This document shows, one piece after another, positions 17,478 through 26,054 of a stretch of 64,000 bases of DNA. Where the stretch lies: contig JAFGCC010000015.1 in NCBI GenBank assembly GCA_016932815.1, positions 1,402-65,401 of the forward strand, given 5' to 3'. Origin of the DNA: Candidatus Micrarchaeota archaeon (GTDB lineage: Archaea > Micrarchaeota > Micrarchaeia > Anstonellales > Bilamarchaeaceae). The position numbers and the translations under genes were made by a program. The notes beneath the pieces are model-generated. The model did not search any database. It worked only from the letters and a program-made list of their open reading frames with translations, and was not told where the DNA came from. How positions within the stretch are numbered: the first letter of the stretch is position 1; every line of letters begins with the position of its first letter.

Positions 17478-18419
17478 ATGGGCGAAGAAGGGAAAATAAG
17501 GGAACTAATTGCAAAATTCGCTTCTCCGGACCCAAGGGAAGCGGTGGATGCGATAGGCGAACTAAAGAAAATTGGTTTGCAAGCAATCCCAATCCTCCGC
17601 GAAGCATCCGCGTATCCCTCAGATGCAATAAGGCACTACGCGATGCTCACCCTAAGGGAGCTAAAGGATGAGCGCTCAATCCCCATAATGGCCCATGCAC
17701 TTGGAGACCTTAACTCCAATGTGGCGGATTGCGCCTCGGAAGCCCTTGCCGGATTCGGGAAAAAATCCATTCCCGCGGTGCTTGAGGTGCTAGGTTGCGA
17801 TGATATTAGGGCCATGAATTGCGCTATAAGTACGCTGGCAAAAATAGGGGAGCCCGCAGTTTCACCTCTCTGCGAAGCATATTCGGATAACCCAGAACCC
17901 ACTTTCCGGATTCGCATTGTCTGCACCCTTGGATCAATTGCGCACGTTTCTGCGGTGCCAATGCTCCTCTCAATCCTGAGCGAGAATATGGGTTGCCCCG
18001 CATCCACTCCGGGCGAAAGCCTGGCATTGCATGCGATATCCTCCCTTGGGGAAATCGGGGACGCATCCGCCCTCCCATCGCTGTTTTCGCTGCGCCTCTC
18101 AAGCAATCTGAAATTGAGGGTTGCTTCTGCGGATTCGCTTCGGGGAATAATCCCAACGAGCCCGCGGGATTTGCGCCGCCTGCATGCGGAACTGCTGCGC
18201 ACCCTCAGGATTGAGAAGGGCAGGGAAGTGAAGAACGAATCGGACTCGCTCTATATAGCTTATCATGGATGGTCGTCCCGCCTTGGGATAAAATGCGCAC
18301 AAGCCCATGAGGAGATGCGCGCACCTCCCCCCAGGCTTGGGAGAAGGAATTCCTGCCCAAGGCGCAGGAATGCAGCAGCTAGAAGAAATGTGCTGTTTTT
18401 GGGAAAAAATAGGGTTTAA
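17478..18419 (+). CDS. HEAT-repeat paralog 12 of 12 (last gene of the array)
   Basis: 313 aa from ATG 17478 (MGEEGKIRELIAKFASPD), 4 nt after the upstream stop and preceded by AAGGTGA; the track start 17418 is rejected. The tail is PRDLRRLHAEL...AYHGWSSRL...HEEMRAPPPRLGRRNSCPRRRNAAARRNVLFLGKNRV. It lacks the GGAGG-encoded GG seen in upstream paralogs. Confidence 0.85.
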   Translation: MGEEGKIRELIAKFASPDPREAVDAIGELKKIGLQAIPILREASAYPSDAIRHYAMLTLRELKDERSIPIMAHALGDLNSNVADCASEALAGFGKKSIPAVLEVLGCDDIRAMNCAISTLAKIGEPAVSPLCEAYSDNPEPTFRIRIVCTLGSIAHVSAVPMLLSILSENMGCPASTPGESLALHAISSLGEIGDASALPSLFSLRLSSNLKLRVASADSLRGIIPTSPRDLRRLHAELLRTLRIEKGREVKNESDSLYIAYHGWSSRLGIKCAQAHEEMRAPPPRLGRRNSCPRRRNAAARRNVLFLGKNRV

Positions 18420-18486
18420 AAGCATTACTTAGCATAAAGTCGGATACCTATTCTATAGGCAAACATATTTTTGGAGTGTGAGAACT

Positions 18487-20127
18487 ATGGCGAAAGTAAG
18501 TGGAGAAGTAATGCCCGAAGGCTCTAACAGGGTAATCGGCAGGGACGCGATGAGGATTAACATCGCAATCGGCTATGCGGTAGCGAACATAATAAAGACT
18601 ACCCTGGGGCCCAAGGGAATGGACAAGATGCTCGTTTCCGAACTGGGGGACATCGTAATAACCAACGACGGGGCGACAATCCTCGAGGAAATGAACGTTG
18701 ACCACCCGGCTGCAAAGCTCATGGTGGAAATCGCAAAAACACAGGACAAGGAAGTCGGGGACGGGACGACCACCTCGGTGGTTCTTGCGGGAAACCTGCT
18801 AAAAAAAGCAGGAGACCTCCTAGACCAGTCAATCCACCCGACCACGATAATCAAGGGCTACGAGCTTGCGGCAAACAGGGCGAACAGGGTCCTGCGGGAA
18901 CTCGGGAAAGACGTTACCCCCGAAGACAAGGAAACCCTGGTAAAAATCGCCCTGGTCTCCATGGGCTCAAAGGGAATCGGGAGCGACGATGAGAAGGAGA
19001 AGATTTCCGAAATCATAGTCGACTCGATTGGCAAGGTGGCAGAGAAGCAGGGAGAAAAATACTACATAGACACCGACCTAATAAAAATCGAGAAGAAAGC
19101 CGGAGGCGACGTGATGGACACCGAGCTAATTAACGGCGTGCTAGTAGACAAGGAGGTTGTGAATGCGGGAATGCCCAAGACGCTAACCGACGCTAAGATT
19201 GCGCTCGTAGATGCGGCATTTGAAATCGAGAAGACCGAGACGGATGCGAAAATCGAAATCACTTCCCCCGACCAGCTAGAAGCGTTCCTCAAGCAGGAGG
19301 AGAAGATGCTAAAAGAGATGGTCGAGAAAATCAAGGCGACCGGCGCGACCTTCCTCTTCTGCCAGAAGGGAATTGACGACGTTGCGCAGCACTTCCTTGC
19401 AAAAGCGGGAATCGCGGCAGTGCGCAGGGTAAAGAAATCCGACATGGAAAAGCTTGCCCGCGCAACCAGCGCTAAAGTGGTCTCAAGCATTTCGGAGCTT
19501 TCCGCCGAAGACCTCGGTTCCGCAGGGTTAATTGAAGAAAAGAAAATATCCGGGGAATCCATGGTATTTGTGCGCAAGTGCAAGGTGCCCAAGTCCGTGA
19601 CAATCTTCGTGCGCGGAGGGACCGACCACGTGGTCTCCGAAGTCGAGCGCGCAATAAAAGACTCCCTCGGGGCGGTTTCAAGCGCAGTCGAGATGGGAAA
19701 ATACGTGACCGGAGGCGGAAGCGTGGAAATGAGCCTTTCCTCTTCGCTCAACAGATATGCGGTTGAGGTTGGGGGGAGGGAACAGCTCGCAATCCAGGCA
19801 TTCGCGGAATCCCTTGAGGCAATCCCGAAGACTCTGGCCGAGAATGCGGGAATGGACTCAATCGACGCGCTCGTTTCGCTCCGCAACAAGCACAAGGACG
19901 GAAACGGCGGCGGATTCGGAGTGAATGTCCTCAAAGGGGAGATTTCCGACATGGAGGAGCTTGGCGTTCTTGAGCCTGCAAAGGTAAAAACCCAGGCGCT
20001 CTCTTCTGCAACCGAGACAACCCGCTTAATCCTTCGGATTGACGACATCATCGCATCCAAGGGCGGAAGCGGGGGCGGAATGCCTCCTGGCGGCCCCGGC
20101 GGAATGCCCATGGGCGGGGAATACTGA
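18487..20127 (+). CDS. ths: Thermosome subunit (group II chaperonin)
   Basis: The N-terminal region [26 protein letters not shown], then [37 protein letters not shown] and a C-terminal [15 protein letters not shown] tail are hallmark thermosome/CCT motifs. ATG 18487 is preferred over the track's GTG 18478 because GGAG sits 10 nt upstream of the ATG. Confidence 0.95.
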   Translation: MAKVSGEVMPEGSNRVIGRDAMRINIAIGYAVANIIKTTLGPKGMDKMLVSELGDIVITNDGATILEEMNVDHPAAKLMVEIAKTQDKEVGDGTTTSVVLAGNLLKKAGDLLDQSIHPTTIIKGYELAANRANRVLRELGKDVTPEDKETLVKIALVSMGSKGIGSDDEKEKISEIIVDSIGKVAEKQGEKYYIDTDLIKIEKKAGGDVMDTELINGVLVDKEVVNAGMPKTLTDAKIALVDAAFEIEKTETDAKIEITSPDQLEAFLKQEEKMLKEMVEKIKATGATFLFCQKGIDDVAQHFLAKAGIAAVRRVKKSDMEKLARATSAKVVSSISELSAEDLGSAGLIEEKKISGESMVFVRKCKVPKSVTIFVRGGTDHVVSEVERAIKDSLGAVSSAVEMGKYVTGGGSVEMSLSSSLNRYAVEVGGREQLAIQAFAESLEAIPKTLAENAGMDSIDALVSLRNKHKDGNGGGFGVNVLKGEISDMEELGVLEPAKVKTQALSSATETTRLILRIDDIIASKGGSGGGMPPGGPGGMPMGGEY

Positions 20128-20303
20128 GCAGTTTTCCCCTCCTTTTTCATTTTTCTTCCCTTTTTACTCTTTATTCTCGTTCCGGAACCATTTCCACCCG
20201 CTTTTCCATAGTGGAAGCATTCTCCTTTTTCAAGAGTGCGCAAAAACCGCGCAATTTCCCCCAAACGGAGGTATTATAAATAAGGAAAGCCCCAATTAAT
20301 ACA

Positions 20304-21032
20304 ATGGAAAGCAGGGCTTTAGCCAATCCCCAGAGGGTTCCGCGCATCCCCAGCGCCAGCCCTGCAAAGAGGGGCTTTGGGAGCGTACTGCGCCTTCTCA
20401 AGCATGAGGGTGTTTCGTTTCCGGCACTAAAGAAAGCCCTGCGCAATCCCCCGGAGAACCTGTCCGGGGCCAAGGAGATGCTCCGCAGCGCCCTAGGGGA
20501 AGGGAAACTCAACGAGCTAATCCTCTCCAAGGGGAAATTCAGCCAGGGCGAAATCGACAACATGTTCAGCGCCGCGCTGGAAATTTTCGTGGAAGAAGGC
20601 AATTCCGAAGGCTGGATGAAGGCCGGGGAGCCAAATCCCCTGCAAAGGGACGTTTCCTCTCTCTTAATGTCGCTGGTGCTTGACGCCCCCAACGTTTCCG
20701 CAGAAAGGCTCTCATCAATTGAAGGCAACGAGAGGTGGATTGTCAGCGGGGCAGGGCATGCCCAGGGTTCATTCACGGATTGTTCATTCCTCCTGCAGGC
20801 GATATTCTACAGGCTCAAGTTTACGAGCGGCCTGGATGCCGCAGAGGAGTTCGCAGACAGGGTAGTTAATGCGGAGGCAGCCGCTAGCAAGATGGGAGTG
20901 CAGGCAATAAAGCATTTTGGGGCTTCGGTGGGCTTCTACATGGTGCTCAACGACCCCCGCTACCAGCCGTGGAAGAGGCAGCCGCAAGAGCGTTCCGCAG
21001 GGGAAAGCCCAGCTTTTGAGGCTGGAATTTAG
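20304..21032 (+). CDS. Hypothetical protein
   Basis: 242-aa ORF with no motif I recognise. A TATA-like ATTATAAATAAGG lies about 25 nt upstream of ATG 20304, fitting a leaderless gene. T-rich tracts after the thermosome stop separate it from the upstream gene. Confidence 0.5.
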   Translation: MESRALANPQRVPRIPSASPAKRGFGSVLRLLKHEGVSFPALKKALRNPPENLSGAKEMLRSALGEGKLNELILSKGKFSQGEIDNMFSAALEIFVEEGNSEGWMKAGEPNPLQRDVSSLLMSLVLDAPNVSAERLSSIEGNERWIVSGAGHAQGSFTDCSFLLQAIFYRLKFTSGLDAAEEFADRVVNAEAAASKMGVQAIKHFGASVGFYMVLNDPRYQPWKRQPQERSAGESPAFEAGI

Positions 21033-21050
21033 GTTTATGGGTGGAAAAAA

Positions 21051-22547
21051 ATGCACGAAGGGAAAATAGCAGAGTTTGGGTTGTATTTAGTGGAATTCTC
21101 CGCATGGGAAGTTAGCCCCAAAGACACATCTGCATTGGGCATTGCCCTGGAATCCACCTGCACAAAGAGCCTGCGGGAAACCGTTGAGGCAATGGACATA
21201 TCGACGGAGGGAAGGCTATGGAAAAAGAGGGTAAGAAGCGCAGAAGCAATGGAGGCCTTGTCTAAGCTTGCAGGCTCGCTTGCGCGCTCATCCGGGGAGG
21301 AAGCGCGCGAGAATGTCCGCAGGGCGGCAAATTCCATGAGGATGGTGCGCTCCCCGGCAAAACTGCTCCTCTTTGCAAAGGCAATGGAGGCTGCAATTGT
21401 GCACTCTGAGAACAAGGAAGCCTGGAGGGGCGCCTTAAACGCATTCACCGGAGTCCTAAGGAGGGATTCGAAGAAGGCTGGCTATATTGCCACTTATGTG
21501 CTAAAGAATATCTGCGGCAACCCCAAAGCCGGAAGGGCGAAGAAGGAACTGGCAGAAAGAGTCCTGGTGCGCGCGGCATTCGTGCCGGATGCGAACCTCT
21601 CTAGGGTGGCGATTCCGGCAATGGGGAGCATAAAGGGCCCCCTTGGGCTTGCAACCTTAATAGCATTATCCTCAAACGGGGGCCTCCCCCCGGATGCTTC
21701 GGCTTCCGCTTCCAGCATGATACACGAAATCGGGGCGGGGCTTGAAGGCTCAAAATCAGGGGGACGCGCAGCTATGAAGCTTGCTTTTGCAGGGGAAATG
21801 CTAGAAGAGGGAAGCGTTGCCCAGATGGAGGTTTTCGCAGGATTCAGGAGCCTGCTTGGGGGGATAGTGGAGCTTCCGGACCCGTTTTTCCTTCCGGATG
21901 CGGGAGCTTCGGGCTACCCTGTCCCCACACTTGAAAAAGGGGGTGCGCATGATGCATCCTTTGCGGCATTGAGCAGGATTAAGAGCTGGTGGGCGGTTTC
22001 CGCGCTCTTGGGGGGAATAGCCCAGCTAATCGCCCCGCACCTTGAATTGCCCCCAAGGCAGGTAATTGGGGAGAGGCCGATAATCCGCGCGCTGCCTAGG
22101 GTTGCAGAGCGCCTTTGTGCGGTTCTCGCCCTAAATGGGGTAAGCGGGGCGGAAACGTTTTCCAGCCTGATTGCGGGCCCGGATTTCGGGGAGATTTCCA
22201 AGGTCTGCCCCCTAGAAGCCCGGGACATGGGGCCTTGCGCATGCGCACTCTTGGAGGAGGCCTCCGCTGCAAACTTAACAGGCTTTGCGATTCCAGTTCG
22301 GGCAGCAGGGCTAATAAAAAGGGGCATGGAAGCGAGGCTCAAAGAAGGGGCAAGCGGGGAATACGCCGCAAGGGTAATGGCGGCAAACCTCCTGCTGATT
22401 GTCGGGCGCTATGAGCGCATTGCAAACAGGGGCGGATTCGCAATAGACAGGGAAAAAATGATAGAATTCCTCAGTAAGGTTGCAAAGGAGCAGCTGCAAA
22501 AGCGCGGTGAAATCCGCAGCCTCCAATCCCCAAGAAGGATAAAGTAG
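21051..22547 (+). CDS. Hypothetical Ala/Leu-rich, probably all-helical protein
   Basis: 498-aa ORF starting 19 nt after the previous gene, with no recognisable catalytic motif. The antisense ORFs are short and low-complexity. Confidence 0.6.
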   Translation: MHEGKIAEFGLYLVEFSAWEVSPKDTSALGIALESTCTKSLRETVEAMDISTEGRLWKKRVRSAEAMEALSKLAGSLARSSGEEARENVRRAANSMRMVRSPAKLLLFAKAMEAAIVHSENKEAWRGALNAFTGVLRRDSKKAGYIATYVLKNICGNPKAGRAKKELAERVLVRAAFVPDANLSRVAIPAMGSIKGPLGLATLIALSSNGGLPPDASASASSMIHEIGAGLEGSKSGGRAAMKLAFAGEMLEEGSVAQMEVFAGFRSLLGGIVELPDPFFLPDAGASGYPVPTLEKGGAHDASFAALSRIKSWWAVSALLGGIAQLIAPHLELPPRQVIGERPIIRALPRVAERLCAVLALNGVSGAETFSSLIAGPDFGEISKVCPLEARDMGPCACALLEEASAANLTGFAIPVRAAGLIKRGMEARLKEGASGEYAARVMAANLLLIVGRYERIANRGGFAIDREKMIEFLSKVAKEQLQKRGEIRSLQSPRRIK

Positions 22548-22613
22548 GCGTATTCCAAGATAAATAAAAAAGTTTGCCAACTTTTTTATATTCTCTTGCC
22601 CCACTAACTACCG

Positions 22614-23528
22614 ATGTTGTCCGTTAGCCTTGCAGGGGCCAAGCTGCAAAACCCTACCGTGCTCGCTTCGGGGGTATTGGGGACCACGGGGGCTTCCCTA
22701 ATCCGAGTTGCAAAAGAGGGTGCCGGAGCAGTGACTACGAAATCCATTTCCCTGGAAGCAAGGAAGGGGCATCCAACCCCCGTGATAACCACGTTTGATG
22801 CGGGAATGATAAACGCAGTAGGGCTTTCTAATCCGGGCATAAAGGATTTCCTTCCCGAATTGGAAGCCGCGGTGAAAGGCTCGCCCTCCCCCGTAATTGC
22901 CTCCATTTTCGCATCCACTATTGAGGAATTCGGGGAGCTTGCAAAAGAGGTTTCGCAGGCAAAACCCAGCCTGATTGAACTAAACATCTCATGCCCGAAT
23001 GTCAATGACGAATTCGGCAGGCCCTTTGCCTGCGACGCAGTAAGCTCTTCTGAAGTGGTGAAGGCGGCAAAGAAGGGGACAGCAATCCCGCTTTTTGTAA
23101 AACTCTCCCCCAACGTTGCGAACATAGGCGCGATTGCGCAGGCCGTGGAGAAAGCGGGAGCAGACGGGATAACCGCGATAAACACCGTAGGCCCCGGGAT
23201 GCAGATAAATATAGAAGCCGCAATGCCGGTTCTCACAAACAAGGTGGGCGGGGTTTCCGGCCCCGCGATAAAGCCAGTTGCAGTAAGGTGCGTTTACGAC
23301 ATCTACAAGGCAACCAAGCTTCCTATCATAGGAACCGGCGGCGTGACCAATGCAAGGGACGCAATAGAAATGGTTATGGCTGGGGCAACCGCGGTCGGGA
23401 TAGGGAGCGCGGTCTATTATGGCGGAGTGGAAGTCTTCTCCGAAATCCCCAAAGGGATGCGGGAATTCATGGAGAGCGAGGGATACTCCAAGATTGAAAA
23501 AATGAGAGGGATTGCCCATGAGGAATGA
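22614..23528 (+). CDS. pyrD: Dihydroorotate dehydrogenase catalytic subunit (class 1B)
   Basis: Motifs are LSVSLAGAKLQNPTVLASGVLG, GAVTTKSIS, GMINAVGLSNPG, ELNISCPNV (active-site Cys), VKLSPNV and GTGGV. The pyrK partner follows. Confidence 0.9.
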   Translation: MLSVSLAGAKLQNPTVLASGVLGTTGASLIRVAKEGAGAVTTKSISLEARKGHPTPVITTFDAGMINAVGLSNPGIKDFLPELEAAVKGSPSPVIASIFASTIEEFGELAKEVSQAKPSLIELNISCPNVNDEFGRPFACDAVSSSEVVKAAKKGTAIPLFVKLSPNVANIGAIAQAVEKAGADGITAINTVGPGMQINIEAAMPVLTNKVGGVSGPAIKPVAVRCVYDIYKATKLPIIGTGGVTNARDAIEMVMAGATAVGIGSAVYYGGVEVFSEIPKGMREFMESEGYSKIEKMRGIAHEE

Positions 23529-24333
23529 CGAATTTATCGTAATGCCGATTGCGCAAACGAAAGATGAAACCAAGACCAGCAGGACGTTCTTTTTCGACTA
23601 TAACCTCAATTCCAAGCCGGGCCAGTTCGTGATGCTCTGGCTTCCCGGGGTGGGAGAAAAGCCGATTTCGGTTTCAGGGGAAAAGGAGGGGAGGTTCTCG
23701 GTTACAGTATGCGCGGTGGGGCCTGTTTCCAAGGCAATCTGCGAGCTAAAAAAAGGGGACAAGCTGGGATTTCGGGGGCCATTTGGGACGCACTATTCTA
23801 TTCCCAAGGATGTGGAATCAATCGCGGTAGTAGGAGGCGGATACGGCTCGGCTCCGCTTGCGTATTTGTGCGAGCACGCCATCGCGCAGGGGAAGAAGGC
23901 ATATTTCATAGAAGGCGCAAGGGATTCGGCACACCTCCTCTTTGCAAAAAGGATGGAGGATGCGGGAGCCGAAGTCCTCCTTGCAACCGATGATGGGAGC
24001 GAGGGGGTAAAGGGCTTCCCCACGGATTTGCTCAAGGACGCGCTCAAGGCCCACAAGATAGACAGGGTGTTTAGCTGCGGCCCGGAAATCATGATGAAAA
24101 AGGTTGCGGAGATTTCCGCGCATTTCAATGTTTCTTCTGAAGTGAGCATGGAGAGGTACATGAAGTGCGGCATAGGGGTTTGCGGCCAGTGCGCAGTAGA
24201 TGAACTTGGAATCTGCCTGTGCAAGGAAGGGCCCGTAATATCCGGAAAGACCGCCTTATCCCTAAAGGAATTCGGGAATTATTTTAGGGATTCTTCCGGA
24301 AAGAAAATAGAATACAATTCGCGCAGGGTGTGA
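23518..24333 (+). CDS. pyrK: Dihydroorotate dehydrogenase electron-transfer subunit (FAD/2Fe-2S)
   Basis: Motifs are PGQFVMLWLPGVGEKPISVS, the VVGGGYGSAP NAD/FAD-type loop, and a C-terminal MKCGIGVCGQCAV 2Fe-2S cysteine cluster. ATG 23518 has a GAGAGG RBS 8 nt upstream and is preferred over the track's TTG 23512. It overlaps the end of pyrD. Confidence 0.85.
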   Translation: MRNDEFIVMPIAQTKDETKTSRTFFFDYNLNSKPGQFVMLWLPGVGEKPISVSGEKEGRFSVTVCAVGPVSKAICELKKGDKLGFRGPFGTHYSIPKDVESIAVVGGGYGSAPLAYLCEHAIAQGKKAYFIEGARDSAHLLFAKRMEDAGAEVLLATDDGSEGVKGFPTDLLKDALKAHKIDRVFSCGPEIMMKKVAEISAHFNVSSEVSMERYMKCGIGVCGQCAVDELGICLCKEGPVISGKTALSLKEFGNYFRDSSGKKIEYNSRRV

Positions 24334-24339
24334 GGAAAA

Positions 24340-25260
24340 ATGGAAACGGAAAAATACGACGTGATAATAATCGGTGCAGGGCCTTCTGGGCTAACTTCGG
24401 CGATATACTGCGGAAGGGCAGGCCTTAGCACGCTGGTCCTCGAAAAAGGGTTCTGCGGGGGCCAGATTTACCTTAGTTCGCTCGTGGAGAATTACCCTGG
24501 GGTAAAATCAACAGACGGCGCAACCCTTATTGCGACAATGGTTTCGCAGGCGAAATCCTTTGGGGCGCAAATATTGGAGAACTCCCCGGTAACCGAAGTG
24601 GACCTGGAGGGAAAAACCGTGAAAACAGAGAAGGCAGATTACTCTGCTGACTCCATTATCATCTCCACCGGGAACCGCTGGAGGAAGCTCGGTGTTCCAG
24701 GGGAATCCGAACTGGTGGGAAGGGGGGTTAGCTACTGCGCAACCTGCGATGGGCCCTTTTTCAAGGGCAAGGAAGTGGCGGTGATTGGCGGAGGGGATTC
24801 CGCAATAGAAGAGGCGATGTACCTAACCAAGTTCGCAAGCAGGGTTTATGTAATACACCGCCGCGACAAGCTCCGCGCTGAAAAATACGTGCAGGAGCAG
24901 GCATTTGCAAACGAAAAACTAGAGTTCCTCTGGGACACTCAGGTAAAAGAGATTGCCGGAAGCGGGAAGGTGGAGAAGCTCTCGCTTGAGAATTCTAAGA
25001 CCAACGAAACAACAGGGCTGGAAGTTTCCGGTGTTTTCATCTACATAGGGATGCTCCCCAATACCGAGATGTTCAAGGGCGCCCTGGAAACCGACGAGAG
25101 GGGCTACATAAAAACAAACGAGAGGATGCAGGCTAGCATAAAGGGCGTTTACGCTGCGGGGGATGTTAGGAGTTCGCCCGTAAAGCAGATTACGACCGCA
25201 ACTTCGGATGGGACCGTGGCTGCGGTATCCGCCGTGCAGCAGTCCCAGGGGCTCCTCTAG
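24340..25260 (+). CDS. trxB: Thioredoxin-disulfide reductase
   Basis: Motifs are YDVIIIGAGPSGLTSAIY (FAD GxGxxG), the redox CATCDG, VAVIGGGDSAIEEA (NADPH site) and GVYAAGDV. Confidence 0.9.
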   Translation: METEKYDVIIIGAGPSGLTSAIYCGRAGLSTLVLEKGFCGGQIYLSSLVENYPGVKSTDGATLIATMVSQAKSFGAQILENSPVTEVDLEGKTVKTEKADYSADSIIISTGNRWRKLGVPGESELVGRGVSYCATCDGPFFKGKEVAVIGGGDSAIEEAMYLTKFASRVYVIHRRDKLRAEKYVQEQAFANEKLEFLWDTQVKEIAGSGKVEKLSLENSKTNETTGLEVSGVFIYIGMLPNTEMFKGALETDERGYIKTNERMQASIKGVYAAGDVRSSPVKQITTATSDGTVAAVSAVQQSQGLL

Positions 25261-25934
25261 TAGTGCGCGCTCTGGGTTTCAAAGTACTTTATTAGCGAAG
25301 TTGCCACAATCGGGTAGAAGACCAGGTACATTATCGTGTTCAGGAGCGGTATGAGCGTGCTGAGCACCACTATGCAGTAGAACACGTACACAAGAAGCGC
25401 CTTGACATTCAGGTCCTTTATGAAATTGAGCGAAATCAGGATTGCGCTAAAGGGCTTCACCTTCTTCTCCACGTATGCGATGAAAGAGTATGCGAAGAAG
25501 AACTCTATTACGAACCATTCGAAGAGCCCTATTCCCGCAAACAGGTATGCTAGCGCTATGTGCACGCTTCCCAAATCCAGGAAGTAGTAGATTAGCCCAA
25601 GAGGGGTAAGGAAGAATCCTATTACCACCATCTTGACTAGGGCGATTGTGAAAAACTGCAGGGTGTTTGCGAATGCGTATTTGGTAAAGGAGCTAATCCC
25701 GACGCTTTCTTTGTGCAGCGCCCTGTAATATTCGTTTAGGAGCGCCCCCTTGTATCCTGCTGAGAAAACGGAATTGACAATTAGCAGAACCAATCCGAGG
25801 ATTCCCAGCGCTATTAGGGTGATTTCCGGGTCAAGCCCCACTGCGGTAAGGAGCAGGAAAACCAGCAGCAGGATTCCGATTGAGGCTCCCAGGGTTATTG
25901 CCATGAAAAGCGGATACAAAAACGTCGGGAGCAT
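25257..25934 (-). CDS. Hypothetical polytopic membrane protein
   Basis: 225 aa with about 6 hydrophobic segments, for example LLVFLLLTAVGLDPEITLIALGILGLVLLIV. Its stop overlaps the trxB stop in convergent orientation. Confidence 0.6.
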   Translation of the reverse strand: MLPTFLYPLFMAITLGASIGILLLVFLLLTAVGLDPEITLIALGILGLVLLIVNSVFSAGYKGALLNEYYRALHKESVGISSFTKYAFANTLQFFTIALVKMVVIGFFLTPLGLIYYFLDLGSVHIALAYLFAGIGLFEWFVIEFFFAYSFIAYVEKKVKPFSAILISLNFIKDLNVKALLVYVFYCIVVLSTLIPLLNTIMYLVFYPIVATSLIKYFETQSAHY

Positions 25935-26054
25935 GAAGTCTCCCGGGGCCCTGGAGAAATTTTCTAGCGAGCTCTTTACGGATTCTAGCAGCTGACCACC
26001 CGAAAGGACTTATTCTCCCTCCTTTAAAAATGTTTTCTCGTCTTTCATTTATGC

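Noticed and set aside
5127-18419. HEAT array as an assembly artefact (collapsed or expanded repeats)
   Set aside because: The 12 genes differ in length and are well diverged at nucleotide level, apart from the 9138/10670 junction pair. Each has intact frames and unique core sequences. This is not what a mis-assembled identical repeat looks like. Read-level validation is still advisable.
18478-18486. GTG 18478 as the thermosome start (track)
   Set aside because: ATG 18487 is 10 nt downstream of GGAG and gives the usual MAK... thermosome N-terminus. The GTG is only 1 nt from the RBS.
19062-20264. 400-aa minus-strand ORF in the track
   Set aside because: It lies entirely antisense to the unmistakable thermosome gene. 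Its translation is low-complexity (Ser/Pro/Ala/Ile-rich) with no motifs. It is a typical shadow ORF of a GC-balanced, strongly coding region.
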